From positions 72,540,001 through 72,604,000 of the forward strand of contig OZ024742.1 in assembly GCA_964016885.1 (NCBI GenBank): a stretch of 64,000 nt of DNA, in the 5' to 3' direction. The notes beneath the pieces are model-generated. The model had not been told where the DNA came from, did not search any database, and saw only the letters and a program-made list of their open reading frames with translations. The translations under genes and the position numbers were made by a program. Within the stretch, counting starts at the first letter, position 1; every line of letters starts with the position of its first letter. Of this stretch, positions 28,326 to 41,502 are shown one piece after another. Source of the stretch: Eledone cirrhosa. Lineage: Eukaryota.

Positions 28326-29873
28326 TTAACCTACTGCTGTCAGATTTGAAACAAATTTTCTGATAGCAATTTGATTTATTAAGCAGAGAGAAATATTTTC
28401 AAGCAGTTTGTTTTTTCTTTAATTTTTAAAAAATCCAAACTGTTATGAATACTGAGCTTCATTTTTTTTTTACCTCTGAACAAACGTCCAACACAGACCA
28501 ACAACAGCCATGGTATAAAAAACTATCATGCAACAACAAGCAAGACATTTGAATCATGCTGACATGCTATTCCTTGCATTACCTTGGAAGAAGAGAAACA
28601 CAAACACACACATGCAAACACATGCGTGCGCATGCACACATGCACACACACACACACACACACACACACTCAATCAATCACATTAAAACAACCATTCAAA
28701 AATGCTATCTTATGAGGAAAATAATTTTCTTTTCAAGTACTTTTCCTAATACTTCTGATACCAAATTGCCTGAAGCCATCTAGTTCAATAATATAAAACT
28801 GTTTGATTTAAAGTGTTTATATTTATTTAAAATCCTTCCATAACAAGTTTATGCAAGAACCTTTGTTAAGTTATATTCCCAAAAGTCTCAGTTCGACCCA
28901 AGCATTGTGAATGAAACTGGATGGATGAAAACTTTTTGAAAGCCTTTCAGATGGATTACACCTGTAATTCAAAAGGCAACCTTGGCATATTGGTTCATGC
29001 TGAATCTTCCTGAGAATTATGTTATGGGTACACATGTCTATGCCACTCAGCCACTTACATATTAATTTCATGATCAGGCTGTTACATTGATCAAACAACT
29101 GGTACATTCATTGTTGAAACTGACATATGTCCATTCCATTTTATTCCGTCTCCATAGAATAGATCAAGATCAACAACAACACTAACCCAATGAGGGAAAC
29201 TCTACTTTGTTACTCAACCAGCTAGATATAGCAGCCAAACTCCTTCAACTCACACACTATCATCTTTAAAAAAAAATAATGAAAGGACAAATTGATAAGC
29301 AATGTCTAAAAAAAACGTAGGAAGATTACAGCTAGTATATCTTTAATCATGTAAATCATAGGACTGACTAACTTGGGGTTAAACAATCATAGATGAAGTA
29401 AAATACATTTGAATAACTTAAACAAGTAGAAAAGAACTTTTGGCAATGATGCAAACATCTTTAAACAAGAGCAGTTTAAAATATTGTTTAACATGCAAAG
29501 CAAACAATTATTTCATTAATATATACACTCCACACACACATATATACATGCACACCATCTCAGCCAAGACAAAATCAAGTCATTTACATCATCATCATCA
29601 TCATCATTTTACATCCGCTTTTCCCTGCTGCAAGGGTGGGACAGTACATGTTATTTAATCACAAATGAAAACAAAATAATATTAGGTTTCCTATGAATGT
29701 CATATGTATCTAATTATTTTCCAAATAATATAATTGGATACCATTACAACACATGACCCTAAAAAGTATACCAGTGCATTACTGGTACTTTATTTTATCA
29801 ACCCCGTAAGGATGAAAGGCAAAGTAAACCCCGGCCAAAGTATACCAATAATAATGATGATTTACATACATAT

Positions 29874-29921
<48 letters not shown>

Positions 29922-29923
<2 letters not shown>

Positions 29924-30378
29924 TGGACCGAGACCTTTGGCGGTACTCAGTAACAGAGAAGACCCGCCTTACCTAAATATATAGTAAAACCTACTCCAGC
30001 CAGTAGGCATCTCTAACAAAATACACCCCGTCCCACCACCACCACCCCCACCCCATCCACACCACTCCGTTCTATGTAAAGTTATGTTGGTGCCGCGCCA
30101 TCGAGGCCGAAACAAATGAGATCGTGTAGGTGTCACGACAAAAAAACACACAGTCCACGCTGTAATGTGGCCGTGTAGGCAACACGGTAAAAACCTCCCA
30201 GACCCACACTGTAAATGTGGTTGGTGTTAGGAAGGGCATCCAACTGTAGAAAACCTGCCAGACAGTCCTATGCGAGCAAGACAATCACTCTTGCCTCAAG
30301 TGGGACTACCCCCGTCCAAACCCATGCAAGCGTGGAACACGGACGTTAAACGTTGATGATGATGATGATGATGATGAT
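29922..30378 (+). mobile_element. 5'-truncated 3' end of the same RTE family
   Basis: Colinear with about 3730-4150; ends in (GAT)n. Confidence 0.88.
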
Positions 30379-31577
30379 ATATAGATACATATGTACACAT
30401 ATACATACATATATACACAATCATGTACACACACACACACACACACATAAGCATCATAGTTACATGCTATAACACCTATATTTAATAATTGATGCCACTG
30501 AATATAAAAGGGATCTGTGCCCAGACAAAGAGAGTATTGAATTTATACACAATTTCCATCTAAAACACAACAGAGCTGTAAGATGTTCATTAGCCGTCAT
30601 ACATGTAATGAATTTTGTTTCACATCTCCAGAATCTTTGTATGGTTCAAAGATCCATTATTTATTATTAGAGTTGATTTTCATATATCAATTCTCAACAT
30701 ACACCCACACACAATATATATATATATTTCAACTAATTAACCTCTTAACTTTACTCCTTCTTAATGAAGGACTAATGTCCAATATGTTGAGGTATTCTTT
30801 TTCTTTTTTTAACAAGCTTAGAACTAATAAGACTTTGTATAATTGTATTTTTGTGTTTGTCTTTAACCATGAACTATATCCATATACTTATAAAAAATGT
30901 TTGTTTGTACATTGACACTAAATAAAACTGATAATAATTAAGGTTTTTCATGTGTGTTTTCAACTAATCTAATTTCCAAATAAGCTCACTTTTGAATTAT
31001 TTTCCGAAAATTAAATTGGGGTGGCAGGTGGGGGGCATTTACTACTCTTCCGAGCCCCCAGTTCGTCTGTCATGCTGTCTATATAGAGAGAGTGAAATAC
31101 TACTCCAGCTCTCACTCACTCCACTTCTCTATAACTAAAATGTAATGTGTGTGTTTCTGTATATCCAACAATGCAACACAGACTTTAAAAAAAAAAGACT
31201 CACACTATAACAGGTGATTGTTGTTGTTATTATTCTGACTCACTCGCCAATGACTCCTTTATAGAAAAGCACCCACGGGGAATCGTGAAGTAAATTTTTT
31301 CCAAGGTTTTTTCGTGTTTTTGACTAATGTGACCTCCAATGTGCTCACTAGCGATTTTTGTCCGAAAAAAAAAAAACGAAATAGGGTGGGGAATCTTTAA
31401 AGTATGTGTGCAAATACATCAACAATGCTTTCGATGCTGCCATGTTTGCACTACAAAAATGAAATATGTCTCATGAGGTGCCCAACTTCCAGCATAGCCG
31501 ATATATCAGCAGTAGAGCAGGAGGACAGGGGTTGAGCCTCAGAGATTTCTTCTGTAGGAAAATTATTTTCTTTTCTA

Positions 31578-31609
<32 letters not shown>

Positions 31610-31612
<3 letters not shown>

Positions 31613-31980
31613 ACCCTGAGTACCTTTTTGATTTCCATGTGTCTAACACACGTGAGCATGCCAACAAAGTCAGAAAACAGCACAGCACCCATGACATTTG
31701 GAAACATTTTTTCATGCTCAGAGTTGCTGAAGCATGGAGCAAACTAACTGCATCAGTATTAGCTGTCATGACACTGCATCTTTTAAAACCTCCATGCTTC
31801 CTGAGATTCGCCAACACTACACCTAATATTCCCCCTCCATACATACGCACACATGTATATCATGACTCAGACACTATTCACTTCCCTGACATTTGTATAT
31901 TATTCTATGTACTATACATGCACCTTTGATGAGTTGTAGTGCACCAGAGCACTGTACACAATTTCATTATCATTATTTAT
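31610..31980 (+). mobile_element. shorter 3' copy of same CR1/L2-type LINE
   Basis: Colinear with 34520-34890. Confidence 0.85.
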
Positions 31981-32778
31981 TTTATATATATATATATATA
32001 TATTAATAAAGCTGACGGCCGTATGTATGTTACAAACTTTTGGCAAAAGGGCTGGACCAAACAGCACCATAGATGTAACTTTTTCCAAGGAAGAAAGAGG
32101 GGGTATTTTTGTCTACTAAATTTTGTTAATCTCGATTAAAGATATTTTGTTTATTTAAAGATTCACTTCTTTAAAATGTTCAAATATCAACACTTCCGGT
32201 TAGCGATCGCTTAAATAAACATGCATATATTTTGCAGTTTATATATAATATCGTCTTTTTTTTTTATGTATCATGGATTAAATGTGTGTATATTGTCAAT
32301 CTCTATCTATATTAATAAAGCTGACTACATTACTGGTATTTTATTATATATAATATATAATACAACATTCCTCTCTCTTTCTTACTCTGGCTTTTTAGAT
32401 AGATACATAGCTATAACGTTGTGCACTTATAATATGTCTGCATTGACGTCGCTTCTAACCAACTTTTAATTAATTTTATATATATATATATATATATAAT
32501 TATATATTCGTGTACATATTTTCAACAGTAATACTGTACTATATATTTTCCATAGTAATACTATCTATATTAATAAAGCTGACGGCCGTATGTATGTAAC
32601 AAACTTTTGGCAAAACGGCTGGACCAAAACAGCACCATAGATGTAACTTTTTCCAATGAAGAAAGTGAGGGTATTTTTGTCTACTAAATTTTGTTATTGA
32701 TTAAAAATATTTTCTTTATCTAAAGATAAAATTTTTTAAATTTTCAAATGTCAACACTTCCGGTTAGCTTTCGCTTAA

Positions 32779-32998
32779 CCCTTTAATGTTCAAACCGGCC
32801 CAAACCAACCAGAATTGTCTACCTCTTTCTGTTGAAACTGGCAGTAACCGGTTGCTCAAACTGATGTTAAGGTATTTTTTTCAAAATAAATACTTTCAAA
32901 ATCTCACAGATCCGATATTATGTGAGATAATTATGCAAGGTAAAGCCTTTACCATGAAAATATAATAGTATATATAGAGTAATGTGAATACTAAAGGG
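32779..32998. mobile_element. piggyBac-type MITE (220 bp)
   Basis: TTAA|CCCTTT...AAAGGG|TTAA; the paralogous empty site with a single TTAA is at ~32211 (cgcttaaataaac). Confidence 0.88.
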
Positions 32999-33384
32999 TT
33001 AAATAAACATTCATATATTTTGCAGTTTATATATATATATATCGTCTTTTTTTTTAATGTATCATGGATTAAATTTCTGTGTATATTGTCAATCGCTTTC
33101 TATATTAATAAAGCTGACTACATTACTGGTACTTTATTATATATTAAGAACCCTAGAGCAAATCCCGAGCAACGCCGGGCCATTCTGCTAGTAATATATA
33201 TAATACGTCATTCCTCTCTCTTTCTTACCCTGTCTTTTTAGCTAGATACATAGCTATAACGTCGCGCAATTATAATATCTGTCTGTCTGTATGTATGTAT
33301 GTCTGTCTGCATTAACTTCGTTTCTAACCAACTTTTAATTAATTTTATATATATATATATATATAAAAAATTATATATTCGTGT

Positions 33385-33571
33385 ACATATTTTCAACAGT
33401 AATACTGTACTATATATTTTCAACAGTAATACTATACTATATATTTTCAACAGTAATACTATCTATATATTTACAACAGTAATACTATACTATGTTTTCA
33501 ACAATCATACTATACTATATATTTTCAACAGTAATACTATACTATATATTTTCAACAGCAATACTATACTA
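33385..33571. repeat. 25-bp tandem repeat (atattttcaacagtaatactatact) inside the Helitron array
   Basis: About 7 copies. Confidence 0.9.
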
Positions 33572-34169
33572 CAAAGACAGCTTATCGTCTGTTTATCCAA
33601 GCGAAGCTAGGTACGTCAGCTATATATATCTGGATACCGTAGAACACGCCAAAGGTAGCCGGGCCAGCTAGTATATACATATTTATATAAGCATGAGTGA
33701 CTGTGTTTAAATAATCTTGACATCAGCCTGACAACTAGTAGAGTAGATGACATTGAATCTTTTCAATACCAAACTTTTTGTATAGAAGTGCAATAAGTCT
33801 AATTGATTTCCTAACATTTCCTAGATCAGAGATACACCACCCTGGGGAAAAATATGTCCTATTGTTTTCATAGTGCAATTGGAGACATCCATCTTTTGGA
33901 AAAGCTACCTCAGTGTCAGCTATGACCTTCACCAGTGCCATGGGAATATATTTGCTCCCCTCTGTTTGAATACTGGGTGGCACACTTGTGTCTGACATTA
34001 CTGAAATGGGTTTAATCCTTCAGCATTTAAACCAGCCATATCTGGCCAGAATTCTCTCATGTCTTTCTGTTCAAACTGGCCATAATTAACCACTCATACT
34101 GATGTTAAGGTATTCTTCTCAAAATAAATAATATCAAAATCTCACAGATTCAATATTATGTGAGATATT

Positions 34170-34890
34170 AGATGAGATTTGCCTTGGACGAAGCACATCT
34201 CTAAAATTGTCAAGAAGGCTGAGGGTGTCTTAGCATCATTCAGCAAGACCTTTGTAAACTGTTCTCCAGCTATCTATTTAGAGCTGTATACAGCTATGGT
34301 GCGGCCACACTTAGAATTTGCATCACCCGTCTGGAACTCCTATCTTGCTCAGAACATTGACCGCCTGGAAACTGTTCAGAGATGTGCAACCAAGCGAATA
34401 CCCTCCATCAGGCATCTACCATACTCTGAACGCCTTGCTTCCCTGGGCATGGATACATTGAAGCTCTGGCAACTGACTTAGTAAACACCCACAAAATTAT
34501 CAATCATCTTGCCAACAAAAACCCTGAGTATCTTTTTGATTCCCATGTGTCTAACACATGGGTATGTATACAAAGTCAGAAAACAGCACAGCTCCCATGA
34601 CTTGCAGAAACATTTTTTCACACTCAGTATTGCTGAAGCATGGAACAAACAACCTGCATCAGTTGTTAGCTGTCGAGACACTGCATCCTTTAAAACCTCC
34701 ATGCTTCCTGAGATTTGCCAACACTACACCTGATGTCCCCTCTCCATACACATGCACACATCTATTTCATGACTCGTACACTTTTCATTTTCCTGACATT
34801 TGTACATTATTTTATGTACTATACATGCACCTTTGATGAGTTGTAGTGCACCTGAGCACTGTACACAATAATTTCATTATTATTATTATT
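34170..34890 (+). mobile_element. CR1/L2-type LINE 3' fragment
   Basis: MVRPHLEFASPVWNSYLAQNIDRLETVQRCATKRIPSIRHLPYSERL; (ATT)n tail. Confidence 0.88.
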
Positions 34891-35483
34891 ATATATATAT
34901 CATAACCCTCAGTTGTAATATAAATTATCCTCATTATCGTTTAATGTGTATTTTCCATGCCAAAAAATTTATATCCAAAGTTGGCAGAGCACTCATCTGG
35001 ACTGACGAGCTGCAGAAATAACAATTCTCCAGCAAGGCATGCATGTTTGACATGAATATCATAACACTTGATTATAATTTCTGAATTTTGTTAGATGATT
35101 TTATTGTTAGTGGACATTGTTATTATATGTGAATGTCACATGTTTTTATAATTGAGTATTTTGTAAACTATATGCTGTCTGTGTGTGTTAGTTTATGCTT
35201 GGAACAGTTCCCAGGTAAAAGCTGATTACTGTTTCTCCTAGCCATATAAAACTATTTATGAGTGTATTTATAAGTGTGCGTAATTATGCATATTTATGTG
35301 TGGACAAATATGCGTGTATATATATATACACACACACAGAGTTTATACAGCATATGAACACATCCTTTCTGGTCCAGTGAACAACTTAATAATTTGGTAA
35401 GATGGTCAATAATTAAGATAAAAAAAAAATAAAAAAACATACAAAGAAACAACAAGTCCAGAAAGAACAGGCAAAGTACTTAC

Positions 35484-35507
35484 ATGTGTATTCAGCCAAT
35501 CAGCAGG
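35484..35507 (-). CDS. candidate 24-nt cassette microexon (PADWLNTH)
   Basis: ttggttgtctcctgtttgtag|CCTGCTGATTGGCTGAATACACAT|gtaagt; phase 0-0 with no stop, inside a phase-0 intron of the ARF-GEF gene. Confidence 0.5.
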
Positions 35508-38500
35508 CTACAAACAGGAGACAACCAATATATAAACTACAGAGAAAAGCTTAAGATTTTTTTTTTTTTGCTTTGCTTTGCTTTTAAATAGCTATCACAA
35601 ATAACTTTTGCAGTTGAATGCTTCTCAATGAGCTATATCTCCACAGTAGGACCCTCAATGTTGACTTGTTCAAAATAGCAATCAAATCATACACTAGTAC
35701 AATCGTTCCTAGCCTTATTCGCGACCAAGGACCCTTTTTTATTTTCCCATGGACCTATGCTACGATTACCCCCGCCCCTACAATGTTATACAGTTAGAAT
35801 AACTGAACAAGAGAAATATTTATACTTAGAAAAAAAAAATACCAAGTACCAAATACTGTGTATATATGTTTTTAACAAAGTACATGACATTTTGAACTTA
35901 GCTTACAGTCTCCAGGTTGGAAACTATTGCACTAGTGTCTATTAAAAAATAACAGAGAGAATACATATAATACACTGTCTAGACCTGAACAAAAATGGAA
36001 TGATCATGGCTGGAACACCTTTGATCATCGTTCTGTTTAGGGACAAGCATCTCTTTGATGTCCCTTGAGATGACTCATAAAACCATAGTCTTAAAGAAAA
36101 CCACTATTTCAGTAAAAAAATGACTGGGTGATCATGGATGGAAAAATATCTGGTCCTAGATCTGCTGAGTTAGGGATGACTTGAAGTTAAATGATAACAG
36201 AATAACTAGATATACTACATGTTTTATATACAAGATACACTATGTTTTATATACAAGATACACTATATATTATATACTAAATATACACTACATTATATAC
36301 AATATGTACTATAAACATACAATTTACTATAAATACTCTATATTATATACTTAGCACAGTAGGAACCTCTCCCTCAAATTACATGCTACCAACTTAAAAA
36401 ATGGACAAAGATCTCATCAGATAATGCAGTTCTATATACATTATGTCACATGCTGAAACACCTTTGATCATAAGGCTACTTGATCAAGGTTGACATGGGG
36501 CTAAATAACAATTACATGCCAAATTAGATGACGAAAAGATAATAATTAACACAAGTCAGTGTTATTATCATGCATGGCAGAATCAGTGGAGCATCAGACA
36601 AAATGCTTTGTGGTAATTAGTTATATCATTTTACATTTGCTTCTCTATGTTGGCAAGGGTTGGATGGGTTATTACAGACAAAGTCAGTACTTAATTGTAA
36701 CTACTGTCCCACATGAGCCAAGGGACTGCTTCTCACTCAGATACACCAAGAATTCAAATCTAATTTTTCATCACTCCAGGGTCGATAAAATAAATACCAA
36801 TCAAGTACTAGGGTCCATCAAATTAACTGTCTATATAAGCCATCATCATTAGCAGTGTTAAAATCGTGAGAGAATTTGAAATGTATGAGTACCTTGCATT
36901 ATTTAGAGGCAGCTATTAACATTTAGAGTTCAAACTTTTTCACCATTCCAAGGTTGATAAAGTGAGTCAGTAATTTTATGTTAAAGTTAGAAAACATAGC
37001 ACTGTCATGTCACTGAAAAGGATCCTTGAATTTACAACTACTGGCATTAATAACATCTTAATTTCACTCCTGTGCACCCACATCACATACACAGTGATCA
37101 CAAACATCTATCACAGATATTGTTAGCCAGTTAACAGTTCCAACAGCAGATAACATAAACATGAGGACCTGATATTAACTCAAGATCTAAATTCATAGTG
37201 CCAATATACATTTTCAACTGTCCACCTTATTGTTTATATCACCCTAGAAGGGGCTATGGTGCAGCTGTATCAATTCCAGTCTAAGACTTTCCTTTAATTG
37301 CAGTTTTGTAGGAATAAAATGGGATTTATTTTCTTTATAGAAAAGCCAATAGAAGTAAAAATTATTAATTAACCAATGTACCGTTAATAATGGTTTCTAA
37401 TTTCAGCACAAGACCAACAGGAGAAGTCAATTAAATTGACCCAGTACTAGACTTGTATTTTATTTTATCAACTCTGGAAGGATTTTAGGCAATGTTGACC
37501 ATGGTGAAATTTGAAATCAGAACATAAAAATTTGTAACTAAATGTCACAAGGCATTTTCTCTGACACTTTAACAATGATGCCAATTCACCATTCTTATAA
37601 AGCTAGTAATAAAAATAGTGTTATCATATCACCAAAGACTCTTTGGATATCTCAAAAAAAAAAGTCATCTTATAAGTTTCTTAACTGACCTTAACCCCCT
37701 TCAAGAAGACCAGACTAATCTATCAGCATATCGTTTTTGTTCAAAAATCAAGGAGGGGCAAATCCCTTCAAGAATAACAAGAAGCTATCAAACAATAATT
37801 AGTAGACAAGAAAATTTGAAACTATGGAATGGTAATTAGTAGACAAACAATATCTATTTACCCATGAAATGAGATTTGAACCAAGATCAACAGTATGGTG
37901 TTGTGGTAACTGAACCATGCATTTCAAAGGTAGAAATGAAAAAAATATTTTTAAAATCTATTAAATGAGATTAAATATTTGAAAACATATTTAAGACAAT
38001 TGATATTTCCCTAATACTATGTAAAAGCATATACCTCTTACATCTAACTTTCCACTGCATCATCTGAACACTTTATGGTAAGAATATGAGTTAATGGGAT
38101 AAAAAATAGAAGCAAAGAAAAATGAGACAATGTGGTTTAAAGCGATATCAACCATAAGGATGCCAAACAAGCCTATAGAGTAGATATGTTAATGGACATG
38201 GTGTGACTAGGTATTTAGCTGGACAAATAGTTTTAAAATGATCAAACTGGACATGACACAGATCAGATATAGCTGGCCTTGCTATATCAAGCTACATGTA
38301 GTTGTATATAGTACCAGAGATGTAACTTGGGATATTAAATCAGAGTGCCAGTGCTGTTTTTGCAATTTTACTACCCCAGGCCAAGATTAATGTTAAATTT
38401 TATATTTTAAAATGTTTTTCTAAAAGTAAAAAAAAGTTATTTTGATCAAATTTGCATAATTTACTTGTACTTCACTAATTAAACTAAAAACATACCAGTA

Positions 38501-38556
38501 AGTCTTTAGAAGTAAAAGATATATGAGCATGTCTTTTAGGGCTAAAGACTTACTCA

Positions 38557-38853
<297 letters not shown>

Positions 38854-40797
38854 TTAAAATAAAATAGAAAACAATTTTAAAAATACATAAAAATAAAAAT
38901 CACTTCCATAACAAACTAAAAGAATAAAATATCTTATACGAGTGTTGGCTGAAAAGTTCATAGGCTGACCAAGATACTCTCATGGAATGATCAAATGAGG
39001 TTTATTTTTCAACAGTCCCTGGAAAGATCAATGCAGTTATAAGAAGAATTGAAATTAATGCATGCAAGATTCCACAGCCCTAACATAATTCTTTCATATT
39101 CAGCCTGTGAATTTTCCAGTCTGTGTGGTTGCTGTGTATATTCAGTTTAGAATAGGTATGCTGTATTTTTGCCGATTGTAAGAAGTGATTAAACGGGTTG
39201 GTGACAGGAAACCATAACCAGTATGGGAAAAAAGGATGTAAAATGATATTATGATTATGGGCAAACAGCCATAAAAATAGCTTCAAAAAGGACCCCAAAA
39301 TGAACATTAACCCCTGCTTTAGCTGAAAAAATGTCTTTAAATGCTTGTTGCTGCTTAGTTATTGCTACTGTAGTTATTGGCTTACTTTGTCTACCATATT
39401 GACAGTCCAGTTTCTTGTAGACCGGGGGTTTGTTAATTTTACAGTGATAAGCAGACTCTGAAGCTTGTATTAAAAAAGGAGGATGTTTCTAACTCATTTG
39501 GTGGTCATGAACAGGCAGAGATGTAAATGACTTAAAATTATAAGTGATGCTAATCTGATGGAGGATGTCTTAATATCATAGTAGAGGGGAGAACGAGAGA
39601 AATGAAAGAGGAAAGAGAGTGAGAAGGAGAAAAAGAAAACAGAGGGAAAGAGATGATAGGATGATGTGACTGTACTTTCATTGAAATATATTGTCTACGT
39701 TTCAATTAATTTTTTAAATAATCCAAAATTTGAAGAGATTTAATAAAATAATTAATTTCACCATTATGAAGCTGCTGTTTTGAACAAAGTTCTTCAGTTG
39801 AATTTGGAGAGCAGATTTAAATTTAGATCAACTATCTTTAAAATCGACAGTTTTGTGTCATAAAATCATTGAAGGTAGTCTTGGGGGAGGAAGGTATTAA
39901 AAGGTTTTAACTCACAGGTGTCCAGACTCATTACAGAAACCTGATCTTGGACTCAAACAAGCAGAGAAAATAGCTGTTCTTAAACTCATCGTTTATATTC
40001 AAAACAAGGAGCCCTCTTAAATTTACAAGTAGAGAGTTGTTTGCTCCACAATCTTTGAATGGAAGTGGGAGCTAGAATTCTGAAAAATATCCAAACCCAG
40101 CTGGAAAGGTTTTATGAATTCATTTCACTTCTTCAATGTAACAGCCAAATGTCCTTTACAAAACTCCCAATTGTCTTCAAAACCAGGGACAACTTCAGAC
40201 AAGGGGGTTTCTAACTAGCCATTTAACTAGAACAGTAAAGTAGCCTAACTAGGGATTACTTCAAACAATGAAGGGGCTTCTAGCAAGCTCTTTAAAGTGC
40301 TCACTGTAGCAGCCAAATACAGAGACCACTTCAATGATGTGGCTTCTAACTAGCCATTCAACTTTTTGTAATATGTTGGATGATGAGTAAAGAAAATATG
40401 GAAGAAAATTATTGTAATTGATTTAAATGAATGTAAAATGAAATACAATGATAGCCAGGGTGACAGGGGAAAGAAGGTGAAGAAAAGTTGAGGTTTTAAG
40501 CCTTTTTTACTTAGAATGCTGTGTTAAGGAATTATTAAGTTACATATTCTTTCTTTACTATAAACACATTTTTGACAGGTACTATACTAGTCTTGATATA
40601 CATGTCATACCAATGTTGGACTCCAAAAATTAAATACATTTAAAACTAGTGTCATCATTATTGATGGCACTGGTCTACTAGTATATATATAAAAAAAAAA
40701 AAAAAAAAAAAAAAAATAATAAAAAAAATAAAATAAAAATAAAATAAAATTTTCTGAAGCACTCAATACAGTAATAGTAGAAAGAATGCTGGCTTAC

Positions 40798-40909
40798 TTG
40801 ATCGAGGAATCTTGTGTTCCCGATTAGAATCCAAAGAAATGGTGCTGTTCACACTATGTTCACTGTCAGCCCGTTTTAACTTGTGACCTCCTCCGCCTTC
40901 TTCCAGTGA
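40798..40909 (-). CDS. ARFGEF1: ARF-GEF exon 14 in window (112 nt, variable linker)
   Basis: SLEEGGGGHKLKRADSEHSVNSTISLDSNREHKIPRS; cag/gtaag; phase 0-1 exactly bridges exons 13 and 15. Confidence 0.8.
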
Positions 40910-41206
40910 CTGAAGTGATAAACAAGAATGGCTGTCTTAGAATTAGAAATCCTGTCACTCCACCACCATCAATTTAGTAGAGAAGAAAGTTGTGTTTAAG
41001 GGTATGTGTATGCAGGGTCGGTGGAAGCATTTCTGAATTGGGGAGCCAAATTTCATCAATTTTGTTGTAGTGTTTAGTTTAGCTGTTATTATCAAATATC
41101 AACCAAGATATAAAAACTTTGATATGCAACAAACATAACATGTACATAAATTGTAGCACATATACAAATAGATGTGTGTTTTGGTAGTTTGTGGAGAAAA
41201 TATATA

Positions 41207-41372
41207 CCGTATTCCCTGGCACCGAAGACGCTTTGTCCTCGAGGATGCACCCTAATTTTGACAACCAAAAATTTGAAAAAAAAAAAATAAACCTTCGGTC
41301 TTCAGGACGCATGGTAGACCTTTAAGACTTATTTTAGGAAAAAAGTAGAGTCTTCAACGCCGGGAAATATGG
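41207..41372. mobile_element. Tc1/mariner-superfamily MITE nested in a CAGGG...CCCTG element (~41013-41423)
   Basis: TA|ccgtattccctggc...gaagac / gtcttcaacgccgggaaatatgg|TA. Confidence 0.7.
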
Positions 41373-41502
41373 TAATTATTGGGAGGGTGGGGGCTATGCC
41401 CCCCTCCAGTTCCAGTGCCCCTGGTAAGTATGTATGTATGTATGTGTATGTATATGTGTGTATAGATAAGTATGTGCGTATATATGCGTGTGAATGTATA
41501 TA

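Larger units (their letters stand above)
32001..33671 (+). mobile_element. tandem non-autonomous Helitron array
   Basis: Repeated 5' end tctatattaataaagctgac; 3' hairpin cccgagcaacgccggg + CTAG at 33188-33191; a further CTAG end at 33668-33671. Confidence 0.75.

Noticed and set aside
33735-33998. 87-aa minus-strand ORF in the intron
   Set aside because: No recognisable motif or phase-compatible splice sites; flanked by TEs.
39916-39940. 25-nt cassette with cag/gtgagt
   Set aside because: Frameshifting; the 30- and 36-nt variants create TAA at the junction with exon 15.
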